Below, in pieces: positions 10,623 to 20,586 of a DNA stretch of 64,000 bases. The notes beneath the pieces were generated by a model, which worked only from the letters and a program-made list of their open reading frames with translations, had not been told where the DNA came from and did not search any database. A program made the translations under genes and the position numbers. The DNA is from Lachnospiraceae bacterium (GTDB lineage Bacteria; Bacillota; Clostridia; Lachnospirales; Lachnospiraceae), in the NCBI GenBank assembly GCA_014804755.1, contig JAAUZE010000008.1, positions 100,109-164,108 of the forward strand, in the 5' to 3' direction. The number at the start of each line of letters is the position of its first letter. The stretch's first letter is position 1.

Positions 10623-10892
10623 ATGATGTATCCTTTTTTGACTTTAGAGGACAACACAGAAATTGTACATTCGGAGCAATTGGAAAATGGGGAGGTAAAG
10701 GTATATGTTGAGACACCTGATGAAAAGGATTGTTTTCACAACATGACCTGTTATCTGCCGTCTTATCGCATGGAGGTTCATGGTTATTCAGAGGAACAAG
10801 TCAAATATTATATGGATATTATTAAATCTACGGCACACCTTATTATGGAATTTTCACGAGAAGGAGGATTTATGAATGCCTCGGGTTTTTAA
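10623..10892 (+). CDS. Hypothetical small protein
   Basis: 89-aa ORF overlapping the start of the DUF4160-like gene; no motif. Confidence 0.35.
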   Translation: MMYPFLTLEDNTEIVHSEQLENGEVKVYVETPDEKDCFHNMTCYLPSYRMEVHGYSEEQVKYYMDIIKSTAHLIMEFSREGGFMNASGF

Positions 10893-11154
10893 AATCGGCT
10901 CCTATTGGGTTTACTTTTGGGCGAATGAAGGAAGACCGAGTGAGCCTGTACATGTGCATGTGTCAGAAGGAAATCCGTCAGCAAACGCTACAAAGATATG
11001 GATTACTGCTTCGGGTAAATGCCTGCTGGCACATAATAATTCCGATATACCACCAAATGCATTGCGGAATATTATGAGAATCATAGAAGCACGCAGTGAG
11101 GAAGTGATTCAGAAATGGATTTTATTTTTTGGGACGGAAACATATTATTGTTAA
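10876..11154 (+). CDS. DUF4160-family small protein
   Basis: MPRVFKIGSYWVYFWANE...PVHVHV pattern typical of DUF4160. Confidence 0.55.
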   Translation: MPRVFKIGSYWVYFWANEGRPSEPVHVHVSEGNPSANATKIWITASGKCLLAHNNSDIPPNALRNIMRIIEARSEEVIQKWILFFGTETYYC

Positions 11155-11239
11155 TGTCGTTGCAATTAGTGAGTTTAGCCAATATTGGGCTTTTAAATTT
11201 GTGAAGAGGAGGTTTCTATGATGAAAGGAAAGCAGTTTT

Positions 11240-11998
11240 ATGAATAGAGATCACTTTAAAACCATTTGGAAACAGGAAGAGGAAATAGCGCATATTCACG
11301 GTTGGGATTTTTCGCATATTCATGGGAGATACGAAGAAGAAAATGACTTGCCGTGGGATTATGAAAAGATCGTCAGAAGTCACTTAAAAAGCCACTTGGA
11401 TATACTGGATTATGATACGGGCGGCGGCGAGCTTTTACTATCCTTACATCACCCATATGACAAAACATCCGCAACGGAAGGGTATCCGCCCAATGTGGAT
11501 TTGTGTAAGGAAACACTACTTCCGTTGGGGATAAATTTCAAGGAATGCAATGATCCGACAAACATCCCATTTGCCGATGAGGCATTTGACTTAATGATCA
11601 ATCGGCATGGTGATTTTGACGCAAGAGAAATATTTCGATTACTGCGGCAGGATGGTGTGTTTATCACAGAACAGGTGGGCGAAGATAATGATAGGGATTT
11701 AGTGGAAATGGTATTGCCCGGAACAGACAAGCCGTTTCCTGATCTGAATCTTGCAAAGCAGCGGAAGAACTTTGAAGAGGCAGGTTTTCAGATTATGCAG
11801 GCGGAAGAAGCCTACCGTCCGATCACGTTCTATGACGTAGGCGCATTCGTTTGGTTTGCACATATCATTGAATGGGAATTCCCTGATTTTTCGGTGGATC
11901 GGTGTTTTGAGCGGCTGTTGAAAATGCAGGAGATGATTGAAAAAGACGGAAAAGTGGAAGGAACTATTCATCGTTATTTGATCGTTGCAAAAAAATAA
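11240..11998 (+). CDS. SAM-dependent methyltransferase-like protein
   Basis: DILDYDTGGGE motif I-like and FDLMINRHG motif. Confidence 0.6.
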   Translation: MNRDHFKTIWKQEEEIAHIHGWDFSHIHGRYEEENDLPWDYEKIVRSHLKSHLDILDYDTGGGELLLSLHHPYDKTSATEGYPPNVDLCKETLLPLGINFKECNDPTNIPFADEAFDLMINRHGDFDAREIFRLLRQDGVFITEQVGEDNDRDLVEMVLPGTDKPFPDLNLAKQRKNFEEAGFQIMQAEEAYRPITFYDVGAFVWFAHIIEWEFPDFSVDRCFERLLKMQEMIEKDGKVEGTIHRYLIVAKK

Positions 11999-12181
11999 GG
12001 AAATGAGCCGTTGCCCGCCGTGGGTGGCGGCTCATTTTGGCAGTTTGATGAAAGATTAAGAAGCAAAGGTCAAAAATATTTTTTTTTGAAAAACGAGAGA
12101 AAGTTTTGCGGTTACAAATCGCAAAACGCATTGATTTTGAGAGAGAATAAGGGTATACTTTTCTTGGAGAGGGGTGATTAC

Positions 12182-13393
12182 ATGATAGATAGGCCAATGT
12201 ATATTGATAAAGTGATGGCGTATACGGATGCGCCTTTCGTTAAAATTCTTACGGGTGTCCGTCGATGCGGTAAGTCTACCATACTTAAAATGATCATGGA
12301 GAGGCTGCGCGATGAAAGAGCCATACCGGAAAGTCAGATCGTTAGTTATCGGTTCGATTCGATGGAATATGAAGACATGACTGCAAAGCAGATGTATGCA
12401 GAATTGAAAAGCAGACTCAGCACGAACGGGAGAACTTACTTTTTTTTGGATGAAATACAGGAAGTTTCGGGTTGGGAAAAGGTTGTCAATTCTTTGGTAT
12501 CGGATTTTGATGTGGATTTGTATGTTACCGGGTCAAATTCTAAAATGATGTCTTCAGAGATATCTACGTATCTAACGGGAAGATATATTGCTTTTCGAAT
12601 TTACACACTGTCTTTTCAGGAGTATTTGACATTCAAAGGTCAGCATACTCTGCTAAAAGATACGAGAACGGAACTGGCAGATTATATTCGGCGTGGTGGT
12701 TTTCCGGCCGTTCATCTTCAAGACTATAGTTTGGATGAAATAGATACGATTGTTCGCGACATCTATAATTCCACGATTTTTTCAGATATTGTAAGGCGGA
12801 ATCAGGTTCGCAAGATTGACCAATTAGAGCGCGTTGTGAAATATACATTCCATAATGTAGGAAATACATTCTCAGCAAAATCAATTTCAGACTATTTGAA
12901 GGCGGAGCGCAGGTCTTTGGATAATGAGACGGTATACAGTTATTTGGAGAAACTGGAAAAGGCTTATCTGCTACATCGTTGCTCACGTTATGATTTGCGG
13001 GGCAAGGAAATATTGAAAACACAGGAGAAATTTTATTTGGCAGATACGTCGCTTCGCTATAGTGTTTTGGGATATCAGGCTAATATGACAGCATCTAGTC
13101 TTGAAAATATCGTCTATTTGGAATTATGCCGCCGTGGATATACGGTATATATCGGAAAGACAGACGATGGGGAAGTGGACTTTGTCGCAGTTCGCCAGAA
13201 TGAGAAAGTTTACGTTCAGGTTACGCAGAAGATTGATTCGGAAAAGACAGAGGAGCGGGAATATAAACGGCTGTTGGAAATTCGGGACAATTATCCGAAA
13301 TATGTGTTGCGGACAGATGAATTTGCCGAGGGTAATTATGATGGAATTAAGACGATGCATGTGGCGGATTTTTTGTTAAGTCAGGAATACTAA
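12182..13393 (+). CDS. AAA-family ATPase (DUF4143-type)
   Basis: Walker A GVRRCGKST, Walker B FFLDEIQ; architecture typical of DUF4143 ATPases; RBS GGAGAGGGG. Confidence 0.7.
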   Translation: MIDRPMYIDKVMAYTDAPFVKILTGVRRCGKSTILKMIMERLRDERAIPESQIVSYRFDSMEYEDMTAKQMYAELKSRLSTNGRTYFFLDEIQEVSGWEKVVNSLVSDFDVDLYVTGSNSKMMSSEISTYLTGRYIAFRIYTLSFQEYLTFKGQHTLLKDTRTELADYIRRGGFPAVHLQDYSLDEIDTIVRDIYNSTIFSDIVRRNQVRKIDQLERVVKYTFHNVGNTFSAKSISDYLKAERRSLDNETVYSYLEKLEKAYLLHRCSRYDLRGKEILKTQEKFYLADTSLRYSVLGYQANMTASSLENIVYLELCRRGYTVYIGKTDDGEVDFVAVRQNEKVYVQVTQKIDSEKTEEREYKRLLEIRDNYPKYVLRTDEFAEGNYDGIKTMHVADFLLSQEY

Positions 13394-13401
13394 TGCCTTG
13401 A

Positions 13402-14316
13402 ATGTGTAAAGGGATCATGTGGTTGGAGGAACTTATGAAAATCGGAGAAGTCAGTCTGCTGACAAATGATATAGCGGAAAGGAACATCCAATTGGACAGC
13501 AAAGACCTTATCCTATCAAAAGTCCATAAGCTGATGGCGGCATATCGGGACGGCCTGCTCGGCGGCGAAAGGCTGAAAGAATGCAATTCTTTCAACCACG
13601 AATCTGTACCGCATAGCACAAATTCACAGGCTGGAAAAGGGGCATGGATCATCAAGATGCCGGAACATGAGAACCCCGGTTTGGACAGGGCCTCGAAAGA
13701 GAACTACTTGTATTTTACGTTGCCGATGGCGTTGAATTATCAAAGAAATTCGTATGTTTTGTGGGAGTGCGCCAATCGGTTATACAAGAATGTGCCGGAG
13801 ATTTTTGACTGCGGACATGTATTGCGGATGGCGGAAGCCGATTTGAAAGATTTGCTGGTTCAATATAAGGTCGCATTGCAGCCGAATAAGCAGTCGGTCA
13901 TTTGGAAAACGCTCTGCGCCACGTTCCACGACAAATACGGTGGCGATGTACGGAGCTTTTTCTCGGCGATGAATTATGAAGTATCTGCCATAAAAGAATC
14001 CATAAGCAGGAATAAAAAAGCATTTCCTTATTTGGGCGGCAGTAAAATATGTAATTACTGGCTGTATGTGATGGAGCAGTACACCGATGCAAAATTTGTT
14101 GACCGCGAACATATTACTGTGGCGCCGGATACGCATGTCATCCAGGCGAGTGAGAAGCTGGGCGTGATCAGTGCGGAAGAGGCAAAAAGAGCAGATGTTC
14201 AGCAAATCGTTGCGGATAGATGGAATGAGCTGCTGCGCGGTACGGAATATGTTCCCATTGATATTCATACGCCGATGTGGCTGTGGAGCAGGGGGAAATT
14301 TAAAACAATATTGTAA
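13402..14316 (+). CDS. Hypothetical protein with HhH-GPD-like (DNA glycosylase superfamily) segment
   Basis: FPYLGGSKICNYWLYVM and VAPDTHVIQASEKLGVIS resemble the EndoIII helix-hairpin-helix/GPD region; no Fe-S cysteines. Confidence 0.4.
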   Translation: MCKGIMWLEELMKIGEVSLLTNDIAERNIQLDSKDLILSKVHKLMAAYRDGLLGGERLKECNSFNHESVPHSTNSQAGKGAWIIKMPEHENPGLDRASKENYLYFTLPMALNYQRNSYVLWECANRLYKNVPEIFDCGHVLRMAEADLKDLLVQYKVALQPNKQSVIWKTLCATFHDKYGGDVRSFFSAMNYEVSAIKESISRNKKAFPYLGGSKICNYWLYVMEQYTDAKFVDREHITVAPDTHVIQASEKLGVISAEEAKRADVQQIVADRWNELLRGTEYVPIDIHTPMWLWSRGKFKTIL

Positions 14317-14393
14317 AGCAAAAGCTAAACAATTGCTTTACAAATACAGAACCGCGTGATAGAATGGAAGGGTAAAAAGAAGGAGCGGTAATT

Positions 14394-14654
14394 ATGGCAC
14401 AGGCAATGATTAATTTTCGGATGGATGAAGAATTAAAAAAGAATATGGAAGAAATTTGCAAAGATTTAGGATTAAGCATGACAACCGCATTTACTATTTT
14501 TGCAAAAAAAATGACAAGAGAAAAAAGAATTCCGTTTGATGTATCGTTAGATCCGTTTTATTCAGAAAGTAATATGTCATATTTGAAAAAGGTAGTAGAC
14601 GATATTGAATCAGGAAAATCGGTTCTTTCTGAGCATGAATTACTCGAGGATTAA
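14394..14654 (+). CDS. Type II antitoxin, RelB/DinJ family
   Basis: 86 aa, INFRMDEELKKNMEEICKDLGLSMTTAF ribbon-helix-helix; 4 nt upstream of the YoeB toxin. Confidence 0.7.
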   Translation: MAQAMINFRMDEELKKNMEEICKDLGLSMTTAFTIFAKKMTREKRIPFDVSLDPFYSESNMSYLKKVVDDIESGKSVLSEHELLED

Positions 14655-14657
14655 TGC

Positions 14658-14921
14658 ATGAAGATACTTTGGGAGGAGCGCGCCTGGGAAGAATACTTAG
14701 AGTGGCAGATACAAGACAAGAAAACATTAAAAAGGATTAATGCTCTCATCAAAGAGATACAAAGGAACTGCTACGAAGGGATTGGTAAGCCGGAACCATT
14801 AAAAAATAATTTAAGTGGGTGGTGGAGCAGGCGTATTGATGAAGTAAATCGAATTGTTTATAAAGAAAAAGATGGAGCGGTTATTATAGCATCATGCAAG
14901 GGACATTATGAGGATACATAA
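14658..14921 (+). CDS. Type II toxin, YoeB/Txe family
   Basis: MKILWEERAWEEYLEWQ...GWWSRRIDEVNRIVY...HYED matches the YoeB fold signature. Confidence 0.75.
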   Translation: MKILWEERAWEEYLEWQIQDKKTLKRINALIKEIQRNCYEGIGKPEPLKNNLSGWWSRRIDEVNRIVYKEKDGAVIIASCKGHYEDT

Positions 14922-14953
14922 TGTCCCTTGTTGCGGTATGAAGATCATTTGGG

Positions 14954-15820
14954 TTAGAAATTGTTGTGCCGCAAATAGCATCGAAACGCTTCCGCAACAT
15001 ATTCCGCAGAACCGGTGCCGTTTTTGGTGTCAAAAACGGATCTCAAATAGTCAGTGGAATAGAGATCGATGATCAGGCGGCAATAATTGGCCTGATCGCC
15101 GACCAATTCAGATGGGGCGTTTCCCTGTGCGCGGGCGATGATTTCCTGAACGATTTGCTGCACCTCATCTGAGGAAACGTCCTTTTCTTTATTGGCGGCC
15201 AATTTCACAAAAAGATCCTGCTTCATTTCTTCGGGGATTTCGGAAACCCATTTTTCCATGATCTCTGAAAAATGAGCCAGATTTTCTTTCATCGCCGCGG
15301 TATACGCTTCCATGCTGCCGAACTGTTTGATAGCAAGCTTTGCGACGTTCGGTTCGTCGTCCTTGATTTTTTGAATAAACAGATCATAATTCTCTACACT
15401 GCCCCAGTATTTGATCACCTCATTGGTATTGCGATTCTTGAACTCCTCCAACGCATGAATATAATCGGATAAGTCAAATTCCTTGAAACTCATACAGTTT
15501 TCTCCTTTCTCTAAACGGTCAAGGAGCTGTATCAGCCGGTCTGTGCGGTTGCGCTTTAACAGAAGCAGTTCTTTTTGCTTTTTGAAAGCAGCGATCCTGT
15601 CAAAATCGGGCTTCTCCAATATATCCCGGATATCCTTTAGCTTGAAACCTAATTCCTTGAAAAATAAGATCTGCTGTAATGTCTGTAACGCTTCATCATT
15701 GTACAGGCGGTAACCGGACGGCGTTGTTTCGCTTGGCTTGAGCAGTCCGATTTCGTCATAATACTGCAATGTGCGTACACTGACGTTGGTCAATTTCGCA
15801 ACTTGGCTTGTGGTCCGCAT
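14954..15820 (-). CDS. MerR-family transcriptional regulator
   Basis: N-terminal MRTTSQVAKLTNVSVRTLQYYDEIGLL HTH; start set at the MRTT methionine. Confidence 0.75.
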   Translation of the reverse strand: MRTTSQVAKLTNVSVRTLQYYDEIGLLKPSETTPSGYRLYNDEALQTLQQILFFKELGFKLKDIRDILEKPDFDRIAAFKKQKELLLLKRNRTDRLIQLLDRLEKGENCMSFKEFDLSDYIHALEEFKNRNTNEVIKYWGSVENYDLFIQKIKDDEPNVAKLAIKQFGSMEAYTAAMKENLAHFSEIMEKWVSEIPEEMKQDLFVKLAANKEKDVSSDEVQQIVQEIIARAQGNAPSELVGDQANYCRLIIDLYSTDYLRSVFDTKNGTGSAEYVAEAFRCYLRHNNF

Positions 15821-15977
15821 GGGAATCAACTCCTTGCCGATCAGGATTGCGGAATGGTTTCGCAATCACTTGTGGGTTTATAGCCAATCAAAACAGGCTT
15901 AACATATCGTAGGAAGCAGGAAGGAACTGCCGGCCGGTATCATTACTGCTCTCCTGAAAAAAGAATACCGTATCACG

Positions 15978-16790
15978 TTACGTTGAAGTCAAGAGTTTTT
16001 TTGCCACAAAGAGAAAATGATTTGTCTTTCCAAGGTGCTCCGGTTTTTCACAATAAAAGAGGTGCAGTTTCAAATATTGCGCATATCCGGCATCATCAAG
16101 CTGATTGATTCGATCCTCCAATAATTCACTCATGCCGTCTGAGGCGATTTCGTGAATGATAGTAAGATCATTACGGGTGAGCATTTCACGACATTGATTT
16201 AGGTTAAAAAATACAAATGGGAAATTAACTGTTTTGAACGTTTCCCTATCATACTCACCGGTCAGAAGATAGTCCGGGTTATAGCCCCATTCCGTGTAGT
16301 GGAGCATGTCATTATTAATAAAAGCGACAAACAGGGTACCGTCTTTTTTCAACACTCGTTTCGCTTCCCTAATTGCTGTGTTCCGATCCTTTTCATCGTG
16401 CAAATGATAAAGCGGACCGAATAACAGGACAATATCAAACGTTTCATCGTCAAAATCGGATAGGTCGAGAGCGTTTCCCTGTCTGAGATCAATCGTAAGA
16501 CCGTCAGTTATCTTTTCACGGAAATCCGCCACGTTTTTATCCGCAAGTTCAACCGCATTCACGTGGTATCCCTTATTTGCAAAATAAAGACTGTACTCCC
16601 CGGCGCCTGCTCCGAGATCAAGAATTTTCATGCCCTGTTTTAGATATTTTTCAATATATGTGATCGTAGTCGTAAACTCAACTCTGGCTGCATTACTGCA
16701 GTTTAATCTGGATTTTTCATCAAAAAAATGGTAAACAGCATTCACGAGTTCCGCATCGTTCTTGATTTTTTTCAGTTCATTCAGATCCAT
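15978..16790 (-). CDS. Class I SAM-dependent methyltransferase
   Basis: ILDLGAGAGEYS motif I. Confidence 0.7.
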   Translation of the reverse strand: MDLNELKKIKNDAELVNAVYHFFDEKSRLNCSNAARVEFTTTITYIEKYLKQGMKILDLGAGAGEYSLYFANKGYHVNAVELADKNVADFREKITDGLTIDLRQGNALDLSDFDDETFDIVLLFGPLYHLHDEKDRNTAIREAKRVLKKDGTLFVAFINNDMLHYTEWGYNPDYLLTGEYDRETFKTVNFPFVFFNLNQCREMLTRNDLTIIHEIASDGMSELLEDRINQLDDAGYAQYLKLHLFYCEKPEHLGKTNHFLFVAKKLLTST

Positions 16791-16831
16791 TTTCGGTACC
16801 TATCTGAGTTGTTTTGGGGGTAATAGGAATG

Positions 16832-17248
16832 TTATTCTCTCCGAATAATCTTTCTCATACCGCAGCCGCAATATTCGTGCGGTATTTTTTTGAAACCGAG
16901 AGATTCGTAAAACGGTTCTTTTCCCGGCTCCGCAATGAGTTGAATACTTGACCTGCCGCCTGCGGGCGTGTGATCGGATACATAGGTTAACAGCATATTC
17001 AGAATGGTGGTGCCGATTTTTTGCTTTTGAAAATCAGGGCGCACGATGACATCCGCGATCAGATCATATTGTCCGTCGCCGATCAATCTGCCCATGGCGA
17101 TCGTTTCATTATGTTCAACCGCGGTTGCGATATACAGGCTGTTTCGGATCGCATTCTCTGATTGCTCCTTTGAAAAGTTGAGCCATCCGACACTTTCGCG
17201 CAGTTTCGCGTAGTCTTCATAAGATAAGGTATTTTCTTTGTATTCCAT
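16832..17248 (-). CDS. GNAT-family N-acetyltransferase
   Basis: Acetyl-CoA binding R/Q-x-x-G-x-G/A-like segment QKQKIGTTIL and C-terminal YESLGF. Confidence 0.65.
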   Translation of the reverse strand: MEYKENTLSYEDYAKLRESVGWLNFSKEQSENAIRNSLYIATAVEHNETIAMGRLIGDGQYDLIADVIVRPDFQKQKIGTTILNMLLTYVSDHTPAGGRSSIQLIAEPGKEPFYESLGFKKIPHEYCGCGMRKIIRRE

Positions 17249-17255
17249 GCTGTGT

Positions 17256-17516
17256 TCATCCTTTCCGATTATTCGGGGTGAAAAAGCCCCAGACACAATT
17301 GCTGAATTCTCCGGCGGCAAATGTATGCTGCTGACCATGAATCTTAGCAGTATAAATAGGAAACTTGTATTCCTGACCGTATAAGGGGTCATGAACCGTT
17401 GCGGATTCATGGGTCGGTTTCCATTTGTACTTAAATATATTGACGCCAAATAGGTTTGTATCTCCATCGACACCGGTTACTTCATGCTGCCATGCTTGTT
17501 CTTTCGGGGATTCCAT
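17256..17516 (-). CDS. Hypothetical small protein
   Basis: 86-aa ORF 8 nt upstream of the GNAT gene on the same strand. Confidence 0.35.
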   Translation of the reverse strand: MESPKEQAWQHEVTGVDGDTNLFGVNIFKYKWKPTHESATVHDPLYGQEYKFPIYTAKIHGQQHTFAAGEFSNCVWGFFTPNNRKG

Positions 17517-17713
17517 ATCGTCGGTTCCTTTCCTTGATAAGCCCTGTCAATCTGGTCTGTTTCATAAAATCATAGCATACTCGCGTTCATATTTCTATAA
17601 CAGTATTGATAAACTGGAATTTTCATGGTATTTGATCGTGAAAGAAATCAGATGGACAACCAGTGTGCGCAATTGCATAATGATTAAAAAACAAAAGAGG
17701 AGCGTGTCTGATT

Positions 17714-18640
17714 ATGAATACGTTACATTGTTGCATGAGGGAATATTTGGAATATTGTCATTATCGGAAGCGGTTGGATTCCAAGACATTGAAGGCTTAT
17801 CGTATTGACTTAAAACAGTATGAGGATTTTTGCGCCGGGGTATCTGATTGTTTTTCCCAAAATGCGGTGGACAATTTTATCACCTGTCTGCACAAACGGT
17901 ATAAGCCCAAAACGGTCAAGCGGAAGATCGCAAGCTTAAAAGCCTTTTTTCATTACATGGAATATAAAGAAATATTGCATGAAAATCCGTTCGTAAAGCT
18001 GGACGTCCGTTTTCGGGAAGCGAAGCTCTTGCCTAAGACCATTCCGTTTCATTCGATACAGGCATTTCTCTCTGCCATCTACACACAAAAAGAACAGGCA
18101 AAATCAGAATATCAGCGGCGATGCTGCGTCAGAGATATTGCCGTGATGGAGTTATTGTTTGCGACAGGAATGCGGATATCGGAGTTGTGTTCGTTAAAAC
18201 CCGCGGATATAGACCTTGAGAGCAATAACATTTTGATATACGGAAAAGGTGCAAAAGAGCGGATGATCCAGCTTGGTAATCGGGAGGTAATCGCTGCGTT
18301 GGTACAGTATCGGGAGACATTTAGAGAGGACATAGAGGTTTGCGGGTATTTTTTTGTGAATCGGTTACAGCATAAGCTATCCGATCAGTCGGTCCGTTTT
18401 ATGATCAATCACTATGCGGAGCTTGCGGGCATCACGCAGCACATCACGCCGCATATGTTCCGGCATTCTTTTGCCACACTTTTATTGGAGCAGGACGTCG
18501 ATATCCGCTATATTCAAAGGATGCTTGGGCACAGCTCCATTAGCACGACGGAGATTTATACGCATGTGTCGAACGCAAAGCAGAAGGATATTTTGGTGCG
18601 CAAGCATCCGAGGAATTTGATGGAGGTGAATGGAGGATAA
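17714..18640 (+). CDS. Site-specific tyrosine recombinase (XerC/XerD-like integrase family)
   Basis: Catalytic box ATGMRISE...HMFRHSFAT...LGHSSISTTEIYTHV (R..H-R-H..Y); stop codon lies inside the left 67-bp inverted repeat. Confidence 0.85.
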   Translation: MNTLHCCMREYLEYCHYRKRLDSKTLKAYRIDLKQYEDFCAGVSDCFSQNAVDNFITCLHKRYKPKTVKRKIASLKAFFHYMEYKEILHENPFVKLDVRFREAKLLPKTIPFHSIQAFLSAIYTQKEQAKSEYQRRCCVRDIAVMELLFATGMRISELCSLKPADIDLESNNILIYGKGAKERMIQLGNREVIAALVQYRETFREDIEVCGYFFVNRLQHKLSDQSVRFMINHYAELAGITQHITPHMFRHSFATLLLEQDVDIRYIQRMLGHSSISTTEIYTHVSNAKQKDILVRKHPRNLMEVNGG

Positions 18641-18700
18641 TAAGAAATTATCTATTGAATAATGATTTGTATATTGTGAAAAACACCAATTTATCGGAGG
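18634..18700. repeat. Left copy of perfect 67-bp inverted repeat
   Basis: Exact reverse complement of 20587-20653, compared base by base; inner end is ...TTATCGGAGG, supplying the SD for ATG 18706. Confidence 0.9.
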
Positions 18701-18705
18701 TTGAT

Positions 18706-19383
18706 ATGCATGTTCCTAAAGACGCTATTTTAATGCTATCTGGAGTATCATGTGTTGGAAAAACAACTGCAGCGTATGAGATAGTGAAGAATTATCCTGA
18801 ATTTAGAAGAGTAAGTGAATATGATTTGCTGAGAACAGTTGTGCGAACCGCATATGAATGTTTGGCTGAAGAAGCTTATATAGACAAGGATGAATTAATA
18901 AGTAAATATCATGCGTTGTTTGAGTCTATTACAAATAGCAATTTTGAAATTACCAAGTTACAGTCAGAACAATTACTTCCCTACGTTAAGGAGATAATTC
19001 TCAGACAACAAAGGCGACGGATACCAACTATAATAGAAGGTACTGGTATTATACCAAGCGCATATTTTCCTAATAATCAGCCATTAGCATGGTTATCAAA
19101 ACACGTAGTATTTATTAATCTATATATCTCTGACGAGGAAGATCACATTTCCCGAAGACAATCGCGTTCGGAGGAACGTGATTATCATGAATCGGCCAGT
19201 AAAACAGAAATAATTATTTCCCAATCTAGAGCAGGAAAAAATCAGTTATTACATATGCAGGCAATTAAGTTGCAGCAAAAATTTAAAAATGTGTTTAGCT
19301 TGGATGTTTCAAATTATACTCCAAGTCATATGGCAAGCAAAATAATGGAACTTGTTTTTGATTATTTTGATACCTATAACTAA
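18706..19383 (+). CDS. P-loop NTPase/kinase-like protein
   Basis: Walker A SGVSCVGKTT and Walker-B-like IIEGTGII; ATG 5 nt after the GGAGG provided by the inverted repeat; the ORF track's upstream TTG start falls inside the repeat. Confidence 0.6.
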   Translation: MHVPKDAILMLSGVSCVGKTTAAYEIVKNYPEFRRVSEYDLLRTVVRTAYECLAEEAYIDKDELISKYHALFESITNSNFEITKLQSEQLLPYVKEIILRQQRRRIPTIIEGTGIIPSAYFPNNQPLAWLSKHVVFINLYISDEEDHISRRQSRSEERDYHESASKTEIIISQSRAGKNQLLHMQAIKLQQKFKNVFSLDVSNYTPSHMASKIMELVFDYFDTYN

Positions 19384-19392
19384 CAATATGAC

Positions 19393-20580
19393 TTATATAT
19401 CGTACAATTCGTTGTAGAGCTTTTCGGTCAAGGGAACCGCTTGTTCCCATACGTTTAAAAATGTATCATAAAGATGTTTTCCACGGCTTTGTATATCATT
19501 TTCGGAAATTTCTATTATTTCAAATGAAGAATTAGTAATTTGGAGAGGGTATCCTTCGCTGTCACATATTATTGGACTATAAAGCACGGCGTTATCACTT
19601 ATGATTATAGATTCTTTGCGTGGGCATTTGTATAGCCTAATCATTTCGCTTATAGGCAAGTGAAATCTATTTTGCATCCTAACAGCCGCTTCCAAACAGG
19701 TTTGTAAATCTGCTAAGAATCTCCTCTCTTTGTCTTTGCTTACAGCTTTGGTCATAGCTTCGCTTTTTGGATGTGGAAATAGACATTTAAAATCCACCCC
19801 ATTATTTATTCCTTCAATGGCTAGATACTTAAAAAAATCATCATTTTCACCTGTAAATATTTTTTTATTCCTTCTGCCATAAAACCATAAACGTTTGCCT
19901 TGATAATCAATTACATTTCGAATAAGTATTTTCGTAAGAACGCTGGTTGAAAATCCTTTATGAAAAAGAATATGCTCCTTGGTTATTTCAGGACTAACTA
20001 TTGTGAAATTTCCATGGTTGTCCTTCATAATTTGCTCAACCAAATCTCTGCAAGTGTCGGGAATCATTTGTTCACGTTGCAAGATCATTTTAACTTCTTT
20101 TATATATGCATTCCAGTGACTATTGAAGTTTTTGATATCTGTATTAGAATCTTTTGCCAATTCTTGTAAAAAACGTTTGAATTCCTCTCGTGATTTCTTA
20201 AAATTATCATTTTCATTATTTAAACGTATAGGGACATAACGATTTAGAGGTTTATCTACCCATGATGACCAATCGGGAATATGTTCAAATAATATTGGTA
20301 TAACTATACTTCCTCCTGGCTCTGCAAAATGTGCACCATACACTACACCTGCTTCATACATTAACCAAGGATTCTTAAAATTATCTGATGTTATACAAAC
20401 GATACATTTATCACTTCTCAAAAGATTATTATGTATTTCATTATCAACGGATGTCCCTTTATACATATCGGGAGAAAAAAACACTTCAATTTTATTTTCT
20501 AATGTATTCAAGATGAATTTTTTTGTTTCTAATGCTAATAATTTACTTTTATCTTTTGACCAGCTAATAAATATTTCCAC
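19393..20580 (-). CDS. TIR-domain protein with uncharacterised ~250-aa C-terminal domain
   Basis: N-terminal FISWSKDK...VFFSPDM...CIVCITSDNFKNPWLMYEAG matches the TIR S-x-x-[FY]-x-x-S-x-W-[CL]-x-x-E motif including the catalytic Glu; GTG start 6 nt after the repeat-encoded GGAGG. Confidence 0.7.
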   Translation of the reverse strand: MEIFISWSKDKSKLLALETKKFILNTLENKIEVFFSPDMYKGTSVDNEIHNNLLRSDKCIVCITSDNFKNPWLMYEAGVVYGAHFAEPGGSIVIPILFEHIPDWSSWVDKPLNRYVPIRLNNENDNFKKSREEFKRFLQELAKDSNTDIKNFNSHWNAYIKEVKMILQREQMIPDTCRDLVEQIMKDNHGNFTIVSPEITKEHILFHKGFSTSVLTKILIRNVIDYQGKRLWFYGRRNKKIFTGENDDFFKYLAIEGINNGVDFKCLFPHPKSEAMTKAVSKDKERRFLADLQTCLEAAVRMQNRFHLPISEMIRLYKCPRKESIIISDNAVLYSPIICDSEGYPLQITNSSFEIIEISENDIQSRGKHLYDTFLNVWEQAVPLTEKLYNELYDI

Positions 20581-20586
20581 TTTGTT

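Noticed and set aside
18655-18705. TTG start at 18655 for the P-loop gene (ORF-track start)
   Set aside because: It would begin inside the inverted repeat and give a repeat-encoded N-terminus. ATG 18706 sits 5 nt after GGAGG and mirrors the geometry of the TIR gene at the other repeat copy.
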